DNA of 51,331 nucleotides from a virus: IMG/VR virus record IMGVR_UViG_3300045988_092522, positions 1 to 51,331 of that record; one strand, 5' to 3'. Shown piece by piece: positions 32,652 to 41,703 of this stretch (position 1 is its first letter; each line of letters starts with the position of its first letter). The notes under the pieces were generated by a model. It saw only the letters and a program-made list of their open reading frames with translations, ran no database searches and was not told where the DNA came from. The position numbers and the translations under genes were made by a program.

Positions 32652-33158
32652 TTACGCGGCGGCGGAGAACGTCGGAGCGCCCTCGGTGATGGTGGCGGTG
32701 CCCTTTTCGATGGTGCCGCCAAGCTTCAGCGTAAACGTAATCTTGCCGTCCACGCTGTTGTAGTTGGTAAGCAGCAGGCGGCATTCCTTGACTTGCCATG
32801 CCTGGATGTCCTCGCCGGAGCCGCTGCTCTTGGGCTTCGGCGGCCAGCAGAGCAGCACGGGCACTTTCACACTGTCGCCGACCGGGAGGTTAATGCACAG
32901 TTTTTCCACAAAGTCATAGATGACATTGCCGCGATAGAGCGCAATCTCCTGCGGAAGCTCCGGCTGATAGCTGGAGACCTCCTCGACGGCCGCTTCCATC
33001 GAGATGTAGTCCACGCTTTCCGACTGCGGGTTAAACGCGAGGTCAAAGATCGTGGATTTGTCGATGCGCTTCCACGTCGGCACCCAATCGCCGCCAATCG
33101 TTTCAGACGTATCCATAAACGGGATTACCTGATTTTTCGTAATCTTCTTTTCAGGCAA
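32652..33158 (-). CDS. Major tail protein
   Basis: Position and size (168 aa) directly upstream of the chaperone and tape measure. Confidence 0.65.
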   Translation of the reverse strand: MPEKKITKNQVIPFMDTSETIGGDWVPTWKRIDKSTIFDLAFNPQSESVDYISMEAAVEEVSSYQPELPQEIALYRGNVIYDFVEKLCINLPVGDSVKVPVLLCWPPKPKSSGSGEDIQAWQVKECRLLLTNYNSVDGKITFTLKLGGTIEKGTATITEGAPTFSAAA

Positions 33159-33164
33159 GTTAAA

Positions 33165-33590
33165 TCATCCTTTCACATAGTCGACGGCGAATGGGATCAT
33201 GTACTTCGCCGTGTTTTCGTCCTGCGCGGCCACATAGCCGACGCTTTCTTCCAGCACGCCGACGCTCTCCACGACGCATCCCTCCGGGAAATCCGGGAAG
33301 GCCCCGTCGTCGTTCTGCTGACGCACCCACTCGATGATGCTCTCCACATCGTCCATCATGGCGACGTTGCTGTCGTCGTTGGCGGCGAAGGAGACGGGCA
33401 GAAATCGGATCAGCTCAAAGGCGTAGCGCCGCCGCTGGCTGCCGTCGATGTAGTCCTCCAGCAGGGTATCGCCGGAGGTGGCGATGGCCGTGTCGCCGTC
33501 GTCGGTGCTGGAAAAGTTGAAAAAGAGCTGTGCAATGGATGCACAGCCCGCGAACCACTTCCAGAGCGCGTCATGGATGCTCTTAGCCAT
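33165..33590 (-). CDS. Tail completion / head-tail joining protein
   Basis: Synteny only. Confidence 0.5.
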   Translation of the reverse strand: MAKSIHDALWKWFAGCASIAQLFFNFSSTDDGDTAIATSGDTLLEDYIDGSQRRRYAFELIRFLPVSFAANDDSNVAMMDDVESIIEWVRQQNDDGAFPDFPEGCVVESVGVLEESVGYVAAQDENTAKYMIPFAVDYVKG

Positions 33591-34023
33591 TGAGATTCAG
33601 CCTCCCAGAATTGATATAGCGCTGCAAAGAGGAAATCAGCTTGGGCTTCTGCGTAGCCTCGGCCTTTTTGTCCCATTTCTTTGATGCCAATGGATTACGA
33701 TGGTATTGCAGCGCCCGTCCCGTGGGACGCTTTATTGGCGGCGAATAATAGCCTACGACGCGCCCGCTCTCGGTAACGGGGTAGTTAGGGCCGTATACCT
33801 TGCCGGCGTATTGATAGTGAGCATAGGGAGCAGTGTGATTAATGCAGCCTGGCGAAATCACCACGGTATTAGCAAGCGTTCCCGTGTCAAATGGAATATA
33901 AGGCATATACAGTCGATGCCACTCTGTCGCCGCAAACATCCAAAGGCCCCAGTCATTTATGACCTTCGTTCTGTTGCGCGCCGCATTGATGTTAAATTCT
34001 GCCAGCTCGATGCGTATGTTCAC
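33583..34023 (-). CDS. Head-tail joining (minor capsid-like) protein
   Basis: Synteny only. Confidence 0.5.
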   Translation of the reverse strand: MNIRIELAEFNINAARNRTKVINDWGLWMFAATEWHRLYMPYIPFDTGTLANTVVISPGCINHTAPYAHYQYAGKVYGPNYPVTESGRVVGYYSPPIKRPTGRALQYHRNPLASKKWDKKAEATQKPKLISSLQRYINSGRLNLNG

Positions 34024-34029
34024 ACTGCA

Positions 34030-34383
34030 TCACTCCCCGCTGGCCGCGTAATGGGGCAAGAGGCCCATCCGGCTGTTGTCGCTGACGCGCTGGGCGCGAA
34101 AGGCCGCTTTGCCGCTCTTCAGCAGGGCTTCCCGCAGGCGGATCAGCTCCACTTCGTTTTTCGCCGTCAGCTCCGCTTCGCCCAGAACCAGCAGGTCGCC
34201 CGGCGCGGGCTTCTGCTGCCCGGCGGGTATCCTGCACGTGGTATCCGCGGTTCGCGTCACGGATTTGTCGCCCATCGTCTGCGCCGCCGCGTCCTGCCAG
34301 CTGCACCCCGTCAATGCGACGGCCTGATAGCCGTCCGCCGTCTTATGCAGCAGCGTGACCGTCTGATTGCCAAATGGGATCAT
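34030..34383 (-). CDS. Head-tail adaptor protein
   Basis: Synteny only. Confidence 0.5.
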   Translation of the reverse strand: MIPFGNQTVTLLHKTADGYQAVALTGCSWQDAAAQTMGDKSVTRTADTTCRIPAGQQKPAPGDLLVLGEAELTAKNEVELIRLREALLKSGKAAFRAQRVSDNSRMGLLPHYAASGE

Positions 34384-34386
34384 CGC

Positions 34387-34701
34387 TCACAGCCTCCTCG
34401 CCACGGGAAGCGTATACCGGATCAGCCCTGCGTTGAACAGATACGCATAGGCCGCAGGGCAGATCGAGGAGATGGTGTATTCCGCCGTCTCCGCTCGGTC
34501 GGAGCGGAAAGTGACGGAAACGCCGTCGTTGGAGGCGCTGGCGACGCCTCCCGGCATGCTCAGCGCCTCGTTGCGCTCCTCATACTCCGCCTGCACCTGC
34601 ACGGCCTTGAGAAACGCGGCCTCCTGCTCGTCCGTCGCCGGTCGTCTCGGGTAGATGTACGCGGTCAGGCGCTCGCGCACATGCTCCGCGTTGATCGCCA
34701 C
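34387..34701 (-). CDS. Head-tail connector protein
   Basis: Synteny: first gene after the capsid gene. Confidence 0.5.
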   Translation of the reverse strand: MAINAEHVRERLTAYIYPRRPATDEQEAAFLKAVQVQAEYEERNEALSMPGGVASASNDGVSVTFRSDRAETAEYTISSICPAAYAYLFNAGLIRYTLPVARRL

Positions 34702-34705
34702 GGCC

Positions 34706-35824
34706 TTAGCCCATCACGCGGACGGCCAGCTCCGGGTAGATGGTCTTGTAGCCGTAAAGCACGTCCATCGAGTAAGTGGAGCGCTTGTACTTCTGGTCAT
34801 AGCCCTTCGTAACGCGGAGGGAGATGCCGTTGTAGCTGGTGACGTAGCTCTGCACGCCCTGACCGTCAGGATCGATGAGCGGACGGGTGACGTAGGCAAA
34901 GGCCATCGGGCAGAACACGAGGTTGGCCGCATGGCTGGCGGCGATGGTGACGTTGGTGCTGGTGGTGCCGGACTTCTTCAGCGCCGGATAAATCTTGACA
35001 CCGGCGATGGCGTTGGAGGCTGCGGCGGCGGTGTCCTCAGTGACCACATAGGTGCCGCCGAGGATGGTCAGCACGTCGCCCTTGACGAGCTTGCCCGTCA
35101 GCGTAGTGCCGGTCAGGCCGATGGTGGTGGAGCCTGCGGCGGCGCTGGCGGACAGCTTTACGCCCTCCTGCGCGGTGATGCCGGAGGCGTGAGTCTGCAC
35201 GCCCTGCGCCATGTAGTTGTCGATGCCGTACACGCGGCCGATGGAGCCTTCGCGCAGCGCCTGAGTCGTGCCGGACTTCTCCGCGTTGACGAGCGCGGGA
35301 ATCTGGGTAAATTTCGCGTCGGCCTCGGGGCTCCACACGCCGACGCGGCCGCTGACAGGGGCCTTGTTGACGTTGAGCATCTTGCGGGCCTCTGCAAACG
35401 CCGCGAGGGAATCGGGCGTAGAGTTGGGAGTTCCGACGGCGTAGGGCACGTCCTTGTAGAGGGCGAGGCCGTCGGCGTTGATCCTCTCGGCCAGCGCCAC
35501 CGCCGCAGGCTCGATGAACACGCGGTCGAGATCGGAGATGTTCACGGCGGTTTCGATGGCGGAGGCCTTCGCGTCCACGGTCGCCAGTTTGTCCAGCTTG
35601 ACGAGGACGCTGGTCTCCTTCATGTCCTGATATTCCACGCCGGAGGCCTCGTTAAAATCCTTGGCTTCGAGGACGTTGGGCTTGCGCACCTGGATGGTAT
35701 CGCCGAGGTCGGAAAAGTCCCCGGAGAAGTCGCGATAGCACAGATTTGGGAACACGAGGTTCTCGATCAGGCGGGGCAGGGCGCGTCTTGCGATGGTCTG
35801 GAGGGTAATAAATTCATTGGGCAT
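34706..35824 (-). CDS. Major capsid protein (P22-coat-like / HK97-fold family)
   Basis: 372 aa, directly after the scaffold gene. The N-terminus MPNEFITLQTIARRALPRLIENLVFPNL is typical of this capsid family. Confidence 0.85.
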   Translation of the reverse strand: MPNEFITLQTIARRALPRLIENLVFPNLCYRDFSGDFSDLGDTIQVRKPNVLEAKDFNEASGVEYQDMKETSVLVKLDKLATVDAKASAIETAVNISDLDRVFIEPAAVALAERINADGLALYKDVPYAVGTPNSTPDSLAAFAEARKMLNVNKAPVSGRVGVWSPEADAKFTQIPALVNAEKSGTTQALREGSIGRVYGIDNYMAQGVQTHASGITAQEGVKLSASAAAGSTTIGLTGTTLTGKLVKGDVLTILGGTYVVTEDTAAAASNAIAGVKIYPALKKSGTTSTNVTIAASHAANLVFCPMAFAYVTRPLIDPDGQGVQSYVTSYNGISLRVTKGYDQKYKRSTYSMDVLYGYKTIYPELAVRVMG

Positions 35825-35856
35825 ATGGTTTCATTCCTTTCTTCTGGTTGCGGCGG

Positions 35857-36495
35857 TCACTTCTGGCCGCCGGTCTTGTAGGTGGCTGCGTAGTATTCCG
35901 CGTCGGACATCTTCGCGTAGTCCGGCGCATTGCCGGCGCGCACCGTCACGCCGCTCTGGCGCAGGCGCTCGTCCACGCCCTGCTGCACGGCCTCGCGAAA
36001 CGCCTTTTCCACCGTGTCGATGGAGGTGTGGCACGCGTCCGCGTCCGTGTAGTTGAGCACGATTTCGAGGCTCGTGGGCAGGCCGCGCTTGCGGAGGTCT
36101 TCAATGGCCGTGGCACGCAGCTCGCGGCGATTGAGTTCCGCTTCGCGCTGGGCGATAGCGGCTTCGCGATCCCTGGCTGCCTGTTCCACGCGCTGGCGCT
36201 CATGCTCGGCGCGCTGGGCCTCGTTCATCTGGGCCAGTTTCTCGGCCTCGCTGCGGGCCTCTTCCCGGGCCTGCTCGATGCGCTTCTCCGCGTCGCGCCT
36301 CTCGCGCGCCAGACGCTGTCTGACGGTGCTGTCGATGGCAGCCTGCAATTCCTCTTCGGTATAGGTGCGAGGCTGCTCTGCGGCCTCCTGCGCGTCCTGA
36401 GCGGCATTCTCACTGCCGGAAGCGCCGGAATCAGCGCCGTTTTCTTCTCCAAAGAGCTGGAGGTTGATGGGGAAAATGTCCTTCACATTTTTCAT
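35857..36495 (-). CDS. Capsid scaffolding protein (DUF4355-like)
   Basis: Highly charged Glu/Arg/Ala coiled coil; position upstream of the capsid gene. Confidence 0.75.
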   Translation of the reverse strand: MKNVKDIFPINLQLFGEENGADSGASGSENAAQDAQEAAEQPRTYTEEELQAAIDSTVRQRLARERRDAEKRIEQAREEARSEAEKLAQMNEAQRAEHERQRVEQAARDREAAIAQREAELNRRELRATAIEDLRKRGLPTSLEIVLNYTDADACHTSIDTVEKAFREAVQQGVDERLRQSGVTVRAGNAPDYAKMSDAEYYAATYKTGGQK

Positions 36496-36604
36496 GACTG
36501 GTTCTCCTTCCGTTTTACGTCCGTCGACAATTCCACAGATTTGCCGCTGCGTTCGGCTTGATTTTTGAGGTCTTTTCCGCTTGATCAGGGCAGAAAAGGG
36601 TATG

Positions 36605-36644
36605 CAAAAGCCGCCGGGAGAGTGATCGGCTCTCCTCGGCGGCT
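36605..36644 (-). terminator. Rho-independent terminator after the metallopeptidase gene
   Basis: On the minus strand: AGCCGCCG-A-GGAGAG...CTCTCC-CGGCGGCT followed by TTTTGCAT. Confidence 0.65.
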
Positions 36645-36665
36645 CAATGCCGTGGGGTTATTGAT

Positions 36666-37025
36666 TTAAAGCGCGTCGGCGGCCTCAAAGGCCGCATACA
36701 GCTTGGGGGCCTGCAGGGCGATCCAGTCGATCATTTCCTCATGCTCGGCCCAGCCCATGTCGGTGATCCGGCTGGAGCTGCTGTCAAGGCCGCTCTCAAA
36801 CAGAAACGCGTGGACGATCTCATGGCGCAGCGTCGCCTTTTCGCACATCGCGTGGGCAAAATCATCATCGTCGGCAAAGGCCGGATGCGTGTCCGCGGAG
36901 CAGATGACGAGCTGCTTGCCGAGCTTGTCGCAGTAGGCGTTGCAGCCGTGGGCCTCGAAATACGGATCGTCCGCGTAATTCTTGCGGATGACATCGTATT
37001 CAGTGCCCAAAATGGACAATTTCAT
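36666..37025 (-). CDS. Small HExxH zinc metallopeptidase-like protein (119 aa)
   Basis: Contains LRHEIVHAFLFESGL. Flanked by terminator hairpins on both sides. Confidence 0.6.
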   Translation of the reverse strand: MKLSILGTEYDVIRKNYADDPYFEAHGCNAYCDKLGKQLVICSADTHPAFADDDDFAHAMCEKATLRHEIVHAFLFESGLDSSSSRITDMGWAEHEEMIDWIALQAPKLYAAFEAADAL

Positions 37026-37050
37026 GGTGCTTCCTCCTTTTCAGGGCATA

Positions 37051-37078
37051 GAAAAACCGCCTCGCTTACGCTGGGCGG
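37051..37078 (-). terminator. Rho-independent terminator after the 80-aa gene
   Basis: On the minus strand: ACCGCC-loop-GGCGGT followed by TTTTTCT. Confidence 0.6.
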
Positions 37079-37092
37079 TCTGCCTTTATCTT

Positions 37093-37335
37093 TTATCTTG
37101 CTTCCAACACTTCGAAGCGGTCGATTTCTGCGCCTGCCGCTTCAATCAGGCTTCCGTCCCGCTGGACAAACAGCAGAGCATCTGCGTCCTCATCATCGCC
37201 TACCGTCACCCAAGTCCAACAGGAAACGTAACCCTCAAAAGTCGAGCCGTCTTTGCAATATACACGAACCCAACGACCTTCGCCGCTGTCTTGGATGTCG
37301 GCGAGAATTTGCGCGTCGCGATTCAACCTGTTCAA
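37093..37335 (-). CDS. Hypothetical 80-aa protein (candidate immunity partner of the MuF C-terminal domain)
   Basis: 4-nt overlap with the MuF gene stop; acidic. Confidence 0.6.
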   Translation of the reverse strand: MNRLNRDAQILADIQDSGEGRWVRVYCKDGSTFEGYVSCWTWVTVGDDEDADALLFVQRDGSLIEAAGAEIDRFEVLEAR

Positions 37336-38846
37336 TTTGCCTCTTCCTCCTCAACCGGGAATGCGTGCCAGCCCGACTTGCTGTATCGAATACACACTCG
37401 GTGCGTTTGCACATATGCCTTAAGTTTTCGATTGTACGTCCAGCCGATCACTTGTTCAGCACTGAAATATTCCGAAACGGAGCCGTCCTTCTTTTTAACC
37501 GCCTTGCCCTTGCCTATATTTGAAATAACAAGGGTGTAGATGTCCGTATCTGCAAAGAAAACGGACGGAAAGCCGCTGCCTTTTTTTAATGCATCGTCGG
37601 AGCGCCTTGCAAATTCATCAGTGTTCAAAATGTGTTCTCGTTGTTTCTGCTCGCGCATCTTCGTGTTGACGGTCTGCCCGGCTACCTGAATTATAACATT
37701 TTCTGCCGGATTTTTCAACGGCTCCTCTGCCTTCACCTGCCGGAATCCCGCCACATACATCCTCTTGTAGTCGGTCTCCAGCCCGGCAGCCTCGGTGATC
37801 CTGTCGTATCGATCCATCAGCGCGTTGATCTTCGCCTGAGCATCCCGGCGGGCGACGTCGTCTCCGCTGGCCTTGGCGAGGTTCGCGATGTCCTTCTGGG
37901 CGCGGACGGCGGTCTCGATCTTCCGCTGCTCCTGCGTCCACTCGTAGCGGCTCAGTGACCTGCCACCGATGTCGATACGCTTGGAGCTGTTGCGGTTGAT
38001 CTCTTCCAGTTCCCTGTCGCTGTGAGCAGGCTCGGACACGCCGAGGATGATGGGAAAGATCGTATGCTTGCAGTTCCACATGCCGAATGGGCGATCCAGC
38101 CGCGCCTGAAGCACGTCGAACTCCTTTTGGCTGAACTGCCGTCCCTGATAGGGCAGGTGATCCTCCGCGCACAGGTAATGCGCCGAAATCTCCACGCCGT
38201 CCGCGCCGTACTCCTTTCCGAGCTGGCGCAGGATGTCGTTGTTCAGCGCCCGAACGCCGTCAAGGACATTCTGCCGCACCGCCGTGTCCAGCCGCCGGGA
38301 TACACCGGATGGATACTTGACGCGCAGCCCGTCCACCGCCGCCTTTTTCATGGCCGCCCGGATGGCGCTGCGGTAATCCACAGCGCCCGCCTGCACCGTC
38401 TGCACGGCCACGTCCACCGCCGAGCGGTAGCTTTCCGAAAGGATCGTGGTCTGGGACAAATTTTTGAATGCCTGCGCCGTCACGCGAAGCTGCGCCTTGA
38501 GGATGCGCTCGATGGGCTTGGAGGCCTGCGCTGCGCCCTTGACCGGAGCGATATAGGCTTCGGCAAACCACTGGGCGGCGAACTGCTCGTCGCTCTCGGC
38601 CACGGCGCGAAAGGTCTTTTCCAAGTCCTTCATGCTGATGTTCGCGGCCTTTGCGATCTCGCGCTTCATCCGCTTGACGTTCGCCCCGACGCGCCTGAGC
38701 TCCTTGAGGCGATGAATGTCCGTGGGCGAGAGGCTCCCCATGTCCTTGAGGTGCTCCCCCATCAGGCGCAGGTACTCGTCCGTGACCGCCTGCATGCGAT
38801 CCTGATACAGCTTCAGCAGCGCCTCCAACTGACGCTCCGAGAGCAT
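37332..38846 (-). CDS. Head morphogenesis protein (SPP1 gp7 / Mu F-like) with a C-terminal toxin-50-like extension
   Basis: MuF-type core (...RPFGMWNCKHTIFPI...). The last roughly 105 aa (QREHILNTDEF...IGKGKAV...VIGWTY...RVCIRYSKSGWHAFPV) match the QxKHI..GT..Y...G.G...IhYSk.G.HIvP pattern I recall for the toxin-50 domain on MuF proteins. Confidence 0.8.
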   Translation of the reverse strand: MLSERQLEALLKLYQDRMQAVTDEYLRLMGEHLKDMGSLSPTDIHRLKELRRVGANVKRMKREIAKAANISMKDLEKTFRAVAESDEQFAAQWFAEAYIAPVKGAAQASKPIERILKAQLRVTAQAFKNLSQTTILSESYRSAVDVAVQTVQAGAVDYRSAIRAAMKKAAVDGLRVKYPSGVSRRLDTAVRQNVLDGVRALNNDILRQLGKEYGADGVEISAHYLCAEDHLPYQGRQFSQKEFDVLQARLDRPFGMWNCKHTIFPIILGVSEPAHSDRELEEINRNSSKRIDIGGRSLSRYEWTQEQRKIETAVRAQKDIANLAKASGDDVARRDAQAKINALMDRYDRITEAAGLETDYKRMYVAGFRQVKAEEPLKNPAENVIIQVAGQTVNTKMREQKQREHILNTDEFARRSDDALKKGSGFPSVFFADTDIYTLVISNIGKGKAVKKKDGSVSEYFSAEQVIGWTYNRKLKAYVQTHRVCIRYSKSGWHAFPVEEEEAN

Positions 38847-38848
38847 GG

Positions 38849-40240
38849 TTATTCATCTCCCGGCGAGGCGGTGCCGCTCAGGATGCTGTCGATGCTCTGC
38901 GTCGGCTCGTCGCCTTTGATCTTGTCCACCTCGTCGCGCACCATCTCGTCCGTCCAGCCGTCCGCCGCGTGGAGCATGCGCACCTTGGTCTCGGTGCTGG
39001 CGGCTCCGGCGGCCTCGGCGTACTGGGCCATCTGGGCGTTTTCCACGAGGTTCGCGGGCATGGCGCGGGTCATGGTGATTTTAACATCGTCCACATTGAG
39101 CGCCGGGCGACCCTGAACCTTGCAGAAATTGGCGAAGAGCTTGAGGCGCGTCTTCAGGCCCTCTATAAACCACTGCTGCTTGACGTTGGTCATCTGCTCA
39201 AGGCCCCAGAGCTTGTATTTCATCGCAACGCCGGAGGCGTTGGAGGCGAACTCCCGGTCGGACAGGTCGGGAATCATGCTCATCTTGTGGATGTCGGCCA
39301 CCAGCGCCGTCCGAAGCACCTCCACGTCGCTCTCGCTGAGCTGCTTGGACAGGTACTCGGCCTTTGCGTCGATGTCGGGGAGAGAGAGAGCCTTGTCCTC
39401 CCGAAGCTGCTGCCACGGCGGGCGGCCCCGCTCGTCGTCCTCGATGGTGCAGCCGGTGAGCAGCAGCAGCGCATCCACAAACTGCTCCTTGTCGTTGACG
39501 CGGTCGGACTGAAGCTTGTCGTATGCGTCGATGAGCGGCAGCACCCACTCGAAGTCGCCGCGCTCGTCCTCGTCGTTCCAGTATTCGATCATGGGCACGC
39601 CGCCGAAATAATGGGGGGTCTCGCCGACGACCGTGACCGCGCTGGCCGAGAGATCGGTCATGTGGCACTCCCGGACGCTCCGGTCACCCATGAGATAGAC
39701 GCGCCAGCCGTCCTGATCGCCCTCTTCGGTGGTGTTTTTGGCATAGTACACGCCAAAGAGCGGCGTGTTGTGGTAATCGTCGTCGTAGACGACAAAAGCC
39801 TGCTCCGGGGAAAGCGCCGCCACGCAGGGAAGCACCTGCCCCTCGTCGTTTTCCGACACATGCACGTATTCCACGCCGCGGCCGTAGATGGAGGCGTGGC
39901 GGGCGTTCTCCGCGTCGATGGAGGAAATAGAGCACTTGCTATACGCGTCCGTAACGGGCTGCAGCGCGTCCTCGCCGCCGTCCACGGAATAATTCACGGG
40001 CTGTCCGATGAGATAGCCCGTGGCCACGGAGACGATATAGCGCGCGTAGGGATGGGCGATGCGGTTGTTGGGCAGGCCCTTCTGCCGGACGCGGCGGGTG
40101 ATCTCGCTGTCGCCCCGGTAGTAGCCCGCCAGTTTGCCCAGCCGGGGAGCCTCGGCCAGATGCTCCGCCAGCACGCTGCGCAGCATGGCCGGAGAGGGCA
40201 TGCCGGCCTCGTCCAGATAGCGCTTGGCGCGTGTAATCAT
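38849..40240 (-). CDS. Portal protein (SPP1 gp6-like)
   Basis: 463 aa, between TerL and MuF; typical order and size. Confidence 0.85.
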   Translation of the reverse strand: MITRAKRYLDEAGMPSPAMLRSVLAEHLAEAPRLGKLAGYYRGDSEITRRVRQKGLPNNRIAHPYARYIVSVATGYLIGQPVNYSVDGGEDALQPVTDAYSKCSISSIDAENARHASIYGRGVEYVHVSENDEGQVLPCVAALSPEQAFVVYDDDYHNTPLFGVYYAKNTTEEGDQDGWRVYLMGDRSVRECHMTDLSASAVTVVGETPHYFGGVPMIEYWNDEDERGDFEWVLPLIDAYDKLQSDRVNDKEQFVDALLLLTGCTIEDDERGRPPWQQLREDKALSLPDIDAKAEYLSKQLSESDVEVLRTALVADIHKMSMIPDLSDREFASNASGVAMKYKLWGLEQMTNVKQQWFIEGLKTRLKLFANFCKVQGRPALNVDDVKITMTRAMPANLVENAQMAQYAEAAGAASTETKVRMLHAADGWTDEMVRDEVDKIKGDEPTQSIDSILSGTASPGDE

Positions 40241-40255
40241 GTTGTCACCTCTTGC

Positions 40256-40459
40256 TTAGTAGATGTCCGAGCGCGTCGTTGCGACTCTGCGCCCGATTTC
40301 CGGCTCCAGCGCATAGCGGGAGGAGTCGATGCAGTTATGCACAATCAGCCCGCCGTTGACGGCGAAATTGTGAAATCGCTCGACCTCCATGTTATACACG
40401 GGTTCAGCCGATCTGCGCTTTACGGCCTTCACGCGCACGTATTTTTCGCCTTCACTCAT
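40256..40459 (-). CDS. terL: C-intein (42 aa) fused to the 25-aa C-terminal extein of the large terminase
   Basis: [42 protein letters not shown]|CIDSSRYALEPEIGRRVATTRSDIY. ATGA overlap with the methyltransferase stop. An upstream in-frame ATG at 40522 is an alternative start. Confidence 0.8.
   Translation of the reverse strand: MSEGEKYVRVKAVKRRSAEPVYNMEVERFHNFAVNGGLIVHNCIDSSRYALEPEIGRRVATTRSDIY
40334..40459 (-). other. Split intein, C-terminal half (blocks F and G, ...LIVHN then Cys+1)
   Basis: VYNMEVE..HNF and NGGLIVHN-C are canonical Hint C-terminal motifs. Confidence 0.8.
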
Positions 40460-41703
40460 ATCGCCATTTTCTCCTGAAGGGTCAGCCGCGCCCGAATTTC
40501 GTCTGCCTGACGTTTTAGGCAATACAGGCGCTCCGTCACCTTTTTCTGATGTTTTGCTCCTTGCATTAATTGTCGCTTTTCAATTTCTGCTAGCGTTGTA
40601 AAACGATCATCATCGATACAATACTCGGAAATGATGATTGGCGCGGTCTGTATATCCGCCCAGTCCAGAAATGCCGCTCGGTCAAACCGCACGCCGTAGC
40701 TGTCTGCGGTGCAGTTATATGGAATATCGCAGTACACCACTGCGTCTCCCGGGATCTTCACATTACGATAATCAAGTCCAGAAACTTGCAGCCCTTGCAG
40801 CCCTTGCAGCCCTTGCAGGCTTTGCAGGCTTTGCAGCCCTTGCAGCCTTTGCAGCCCTTGCAGCCCTTGCAGGCTTTGCAGGCTTTGCAGCCCTTGCAGG
40901 CTTTCCAATTTGTTCAGCTTCTCGTTCAACACCGCCCAGGGAATCGTCAGCCCCGGTATGATGGTTTTCATTTTCTCGTAGGCTTCTTCCGTCGGCAGCG
41001 CCCATTGGCTTTCGCCGAAATAATGCCCAGCCATACCGTTGGTTCCCAGCAATCTGTCCACGTCGCTGGCGCGCTTTTCGCTGTCCCGAAGAGCCGCGCG
41101 CATATATTCGCGGATTTCTTTCGAATGCGCACGGAATACGCTCTCGCGGGTATTCTCTGCGTCAATACTTCCATCCGCGCGTTCAACTGGGGCCGCGCCG
41201 CATTCTGCGCATAGCCGTCGTGCCTTTCCGCTCAGCGCATCCACATCCCGATTCAGACGATTGAATTCCGCCACAAAGGCCCGCCATGCACTCATACGCT
41301 CGGCGACTGTGTCTGCGAAAACAAGTTCGTGCAGGCGCTTCTTGAAGGGCTCGATTTCCTTCGCGTATAAATATGCATGACTATCATTCCCAAACGACCA
41401 GCATAGCCGCACATAAGCGTCCGTATCCTTCAGCCGGAAAAAGTCCTCTCTGGAAATCCAACGCTTTTCTGTTTCCGTCGTGTATTTTCCGGCAATTGCG
41501 TCCATAAACAGTTGCGGCACATCGCCGTGAAGATCGTTGGCAATAATCCGCTCCCATTTCCCGGACAGCAGCGCCGCATGTGTCACCGCGCAGCCCCCGC
41601 AAAACAAATCGACCAGCGTTCCGCTCTCGGGCAGGTGTTGGATCACCCAATCTGCAATCGCGTTTTTGCTCCCTTTGTATGGCAACCCATATCGCCGCAT
41701 CAT
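40456..41703 (-). CDS. D12-class (Dam-like) N6-adenine DNA methyltransferase located between the two intein halves
   Basis: [14 protein letters not shown] (the YxGxK-type N-terminal motif), [11 protein letters not shown] (FxGxG, SAM binding) and VYCDIPY (DPPY variant). ATGA overlaps at both ends. Confidence 0.85.
   Translation of the reverse strand: MMRRYGLPYKGSKNAIADWVIQHLPESGTLVDLFCGGCAVTHAALLSGKWERIIANDLHGDVPQLFMDAIAGKYTTETEKRWISREDFFRLKDTDAYVRLCWSFGNDSHAYLYAKEIEPFKKRLHELVFADTVAERMSAWRAFVAEFNRLNRDVDALSGKARRLCAECGAAPVERADGSIDAENTRESVFRAHSKEIREYMRAALRDSEKRASDVDRLLGTNGMAGHYFGESQWALPTEEAYEKMKTIIPGLTIPWAVLNEKLNKLESLQGLQSLQSLQGLQGLQRLQGLQSLQSLQGLQGLQGLQVSGLDYRNVKIPGDAVVYCDIPYNCTADSYGVRFDRAAFLDWADIQTAPIIISEYCIDDDRFTTLAEIEKRQLMQGAKHQKKVTERLYCLKRQADEIRARLTLQEKMAI
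40785..40901. repeat. In-frame tandem repeat, 13 x 9 bp (cttgcagcc / cttgcaggc / tttgcaggc / tttgcagcc), encoding (LQ[G/S/R])13
   Basis: Counted by hand. The unit pattern AAABCD ADABCD B suggests a 54-bp higher-order duplication. Confidence 0.9.

Noticed and set aside
32040-32660. Programmed -1 frameshift in the tail chaperone (G/GT-type)
   Set aside because: I looked for a second overlapping chaperone frame and a slippery heptamer between the major tail and tape-measure genes. I found no convincing candidate by eye. This is not excluded.
40785-40901. 9-bp tandem array as a non-coding satellite or a frameshift-type phase-variation switch
   Set aside because: - The array lies inside an intact ORF and its unit length is a multiple of three.
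- It therefore cannot toggle the frame.
- I kept it as an in-frame linker repeat instead.
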